From NCBI GenBank assembly GCA_003427395.1, contig BFEA01000005.1, positions 3,515,278 through 3,579,277 of the forward strand: DNA of 64,000 nt. The letters are read 5' to 3'. This DNA comes from Chara braunii (lineage: Eukaryota > Plantae > Charophyceae). Below, piece after piece: positions 61,414 through 64,000 of this stretch. A model generated the notes under the pieces. The model ran no database searches, was not told the DNA's origin, and worked only from the letters and a program-made list of their open reading frames with translations. Within the stretch, counting starts at the first letter, position 1; each line of letters starts with the position of its first letter. The position numbers and the translations under genes are program-made.

Positions 61414-64000
61414 TGTCACGCGCGGCGGTCCCACTCCCAGACGCAAAGTAAAATTTTGTGTCGGACCTCAGGGTCGTGTCACGCAGGAGTCTTTTTGTCA
61501 GTTCAATGAAAACACCACTCCGACCGTGCGCGCGTGCTATACCTTTCGCGACTCCCTACGACAGGTTAGGGATCCCGCGAGGTACAACATACCTCCACAT
61601 GCGGGAGTTGTCACCATCCCTTAGGTGAGCGTATCCCTGCTGAGCTACTGACCCACGTGCGAAGGTTTTTACATGCAATCGTAGAGGTAGGTCAGCCGAG
61701 GGCGTTTTCTCGATCGCCGTAGCATAGGCATACGCGTGGTAGAACGCCTTAAGACTGACCCGTATATCGTGCCCCGAGGTGCTAACTTCCCCGAACCGAC
61801 TATCTAATCAGGTCGACCTTTCCGGACAGTTTTCCACGCTTAGTTAACTAGGACAATGACTTTATGTCTCCTTTGTTAACCTTATGTGAAAAGCCAGAGT
61901 CAAGCCCCTTTGTTATCTCTCATTCTCAAAAGAATCCTAGACGAATGACTTCCTAAGCTCTAACGAGCTTACGATCTCATTCACATATATATATATAACT
62001 GTGTATGTAAGTCAGGGGAGCTGAATGAGCGGCACACCTCAAATTCACAATTGCGGTGTCCGTGTCCGAATATCCCAGACGATCCCAAATTCAGAAGACA
62101 GTTCAATGCCCAACACCTGTGCAGATGCAAGAAATCACATACAAACATACAAATGCAGACACAGAATGCGCTACAAGCATCAACCTTTAAACCATTCATA
62201 GCAAGTCTCTCACGCCCCAAAACCTTGAAAACAACATTCCTTCCTAAACCTGACTCCCTTTACCCCAACCCTTCACATTTTCAAAGACCTCCGAGTGTGA
62301 TTTGGACAATTTAGGCATAGATACAGGGGAAGATCCATCTGTTTCCTTCTTAGGTCTTGTCTTAAGTGTGGGCATCAAGCCATGTGGAAGTTGAGTCGGA
62401 ATTTTACTGACCTGGTATCCAATGATAACAAAATTTGCAGTTCCTTACGGTTCTTCCGTAGTCCTCTCCAAGCGAGATGAACCTGTAAACACACCACAGT
62501 CTGAAAGAATCTTAACATCCTCTCTCCGATGTTACGATCTAGAAAACCTCTTCTAGACCTGTGACCCAAATTCGGTGCTCATCGTCGACCTACCGCCTAA
62601 CTTCTATCATGATCAAACTTCCAGTCCACTGCCCTGTTGGTCTAGGCAATGAACAGAATTCATTCCCAACCCCTTCGTTACAGCGGTTCTACTTAGTTCT
62701 CTTTTTAACAGGTTAACTACAAACCTCATGCCTTTAGTAATCCCAAGCAATACCCTCCATTCAACTCAGAGAGGAATCTCATGATGAAGATCAAATCAGA
62801 ATCTCAAAGGGCAATAAGTCTCTCTGGTAAAAATCTCACCTATCATTTCCTCCCTAGAATCAGATATTAGTGAGTTAGCAATGGATTGAATCATTTATAT
62901 AGAAGTAGATATTCGGTGATAGATTGATCAGGATACACTTAAACTTTTGTTAGTATCAGGCTTTGAGAGAAGATGATGATAAGGCAGGATTCTTAGAGCC
63001 TAGCTCCTCTTACCACCTAATATATATTGTTAATATGGTGATAAGGCAGGCTCCTTAGAGCCTCGCTTCTCTTATCGCTTAGTATATAGTATTACGGTGG
63101 TAAGGCAGGCTTCCCGGAGCCTCGCTCCTCTTACCACCTAGTATGTACGTTAATATGGCGATAAGGCAGACTTCTTAGAGCCTCGCTTCTCTTATCGCCT
63201 AATATATAGTATTACGGTGGTAAGGCAGCCTTCCCGGAACCTCGCTCCTCTTACCACCTAGTATGTATGTTAATATGACGATAAGGCAGACTTCTTAGAG
63301 CTTCGCTTCTCTTATCGCCGAGTATATAGTATTACGGTGGTAGGGCAGGCTTCCCGGAGCCTCACTCCTCTTACCACCTAGTATATATGTTAATATGGCA
63401 ATAAGGTAGGCTTTCTAGAGCCTCGCTTCTCTTCTCGCCTAGTATATAGTATTACGGTGATAAAGCAGGTTTCCCGGAGCCTCGCTCCTCTTACCACCTA
63501 GTATATATGTTAATATGGCGATAAAGCAGACTTCTTAGAGCCTCGCTTCTCTTATCGCCCAATATTTAGTATTAGGTGGAAGGGCAGGCTTCCTCGAGTC
63601 CCGCTCTTCTTACCACCTAGTATATATGTTAATATGGTGATAAGGCAGACTTCCTAGAGCCTCGCTTCTCTTATCGCCTAGTATATAGTATTACAGTGGT
63701 AAAGCAGGCTTCCCGGAGCCTCGCTCCTCTTACCACCTAGTATATATGTTAATATGGCGATAAGGCAGGCTTCTTTAGAGCCTCGCTTCTCTTATCGCCT
63801 AGTATATAATAGTATAACGGTAGTAGGGCGGACATCCCGGACCCTCGCTCCTCTTACCACCTAGTATATATGTTAGTATGGCGATAAGGCAGGCTTCCTA
63901 GAGCCTCACTTCTCTTATCGCCTAATATATAGTATTACGGTGGTAAGGCAGGCTTCCTGGAGCCTCGCTCCTCTTACCACCTAGTATATATGTTAATATG
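61414..64000 (-). repeat. 3' end of an LTR (family D, minus strand) inserted in the LINE; extends beyond the window
   Basis: Abrupt switch to TGTCACGC after ACGT; shares the TCCTGCGTGACA motif and the ~200-nt module with LTRs B and C. Confidence 0.85.
62975..64000. repeat. Higher-order tandem array: ~60-bp hairpin units alternating A/B (~119-bp dimer), about 17 units
   Basis: A = GGCGATAAGGCAG(A/G)CTTCTTAGAGCCTCGCTTCTCTTATCGCC; B = GGTGGTAAGGCAGGCTTCCCGGAGCCTCGCTCCTCTTACCACC. Confidence 0.95.

Noticed and set aside
62975-64000. CRISPR array
   Set aside because: The repeats are palindromic, but the linkers are themselves repeated rather than unique spacers, there are no cas genes, and the context is a eukaryotic LTR.

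Overview
A eukaryotic, fully repeat-derived window made of nested transposons; no host gene was recognised. The element mix (Ty3/gypsy, a two-ORF Penelope-like element with an N-terminal GIY-YIG domain, a LINE, hAT MITEs, long (GA)n tracts) suggests a charophyte alga such as Chara; this is inference. Main contents: (A) a decayed Ty3/gypsy element (<1..22671) with ~7.3-kb LTRs, a tRNA-Asp PBS, a train of small ORFs before gag-pol and an antisense 3' ORF; (B, C, D, E) four further related giant-LTR families, including a 7.2-kb solo LTR with a 4-bp TSD; three MITEs with 8-bp TSDs; a Penelope-like element with pseudo-LTRs (43484..49105, minus); and a LINE (~56300..61413) interrupted by LTR D. The best candidate for an undescribed system is the giant-LTR lineage itself. 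Its LTRs encode proteins showing codon-level purifying selection, one of them paralogous to the pre-gag ORFs. Three LTR families share a covarying structured RNA near the LTR 3' end. One LTR carries an array of ~17 covarying hairpins. Most insertion sites are 4-mers centred on CpG. A Nextera mate-pair junction adapter at 42664..42700 is an assembly artefact.
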